A DNA stretch of 46,479 nt from the IMG/VR virus record IMGVR_UViG_3300048576_000518, positions 1-46,479 of that record; one strand, 5' to 3'. The notes under the pieces were generated by a model. The model made no database searches and was not told the origin of the DNA. It saw only the letters and a list, made by a program, of their open reading frames with translations. Shown one piece after another: positions 46,260-46,479 of this stretch (its first letter is position 1; every line of letters begins with the position of its first letter). Made by a program: the position numbers and the translations under genes. Source of the DNA: a virus (taxonomy: Duplodnaviria; Caudoviricetes).

Positions 46260-46479
46260 CCTTCTTGGATTTTAGACGTTCTTTTATCAAGTGCATGTTC
46301 TTGTTCACGAGAGAGATAATACGATCGTGATATTCAGTATTTTTATTTTGCAATCCTCTACACTGCACCACCTTTAGCTGTTTGAGAGATACTTCTACCG
46401 TTTCTATCCTTTTGCCTCTTATTTGGGCAGACAGAATCAAAGAGTCTTCTTTGATATAATATTCGTTAGTGAAAACGCA
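46204..46479 (-). CDS. PcfJ-like protein, C-terminal part (cut by the window edge)
   Basis: CVFTNEYY...LILSA...KRIETVEVSL...VVQCRGLQNKNTEYHDRI. Confidence 0.75.
   Translation of the reverse strand, partial: CVFTNEYYIKEDSLILSAQIRGKRIETVEVSLKQLKVVQCRGLQNKNTEYHDRIISLVNKNMHLIKERLKSKKDETKRNDRRTIAPRAVAV

Noticed and set aside
1-46479. Stop-codon reassignment in this phage
   Set aside because: Coding density is high in the standard code, and TAA, TAG and TGA all end well-recognised genes; only one isolated internal stop was found
1-46479. Integrase, att sites or IS elements
   Set aside because: No tyrosine/serine recombinase or transposase ORF and no host-phage junction are visible; they may lie outside the window

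Overview
A 46.5 kb piece of a temperate tailed-phage (siphovirus-like) genome or prophage. The host is most likely Bacteroidota, judging from TAnnTTTG -7 promoter boxes and DUF4373- and PcfJ-like genes. No host genes, integrase or att sites are visible. Left arm (1-14414): immunity region (BRO-N/BstA-like gene, lipoprotein, S24 repressor, Cro-like genes), then a + strand recombination operon (HNH endonucleases, SbcC/Rad50-like ATPase, RecT, MBL hydrolase, RadC-JAB, SNF2 helicase, DNA methyltransferase, VRR-NUC). Right arm (14484-46479, almost all - strand): PcfJ, initiator, DnaB, PAPS-reductase-like and sigma-like genes, a second repressor/cro switch with two antirepressor genes, then terminase, portal, capsid, tail and lysis genes. 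The most unusual signals are mostly non-coding: (i) the methyltransferase sits in an integron-cassette-like unit with attC-like ends, behind a truncated Dam-like stub; (ii) a recurring TTATATTTTA late-promoter candidate is paired with GNRA-capped hairpins and brackets candidate small RNAs, including a tRNA-like element; (iii) two hairpins with 11-nt complementary loops lie upstream of the Rha antirepressor; (iv) there are two independent genetic switches with different operators. All protein calls come from motif recognition by eye; no database search was run.
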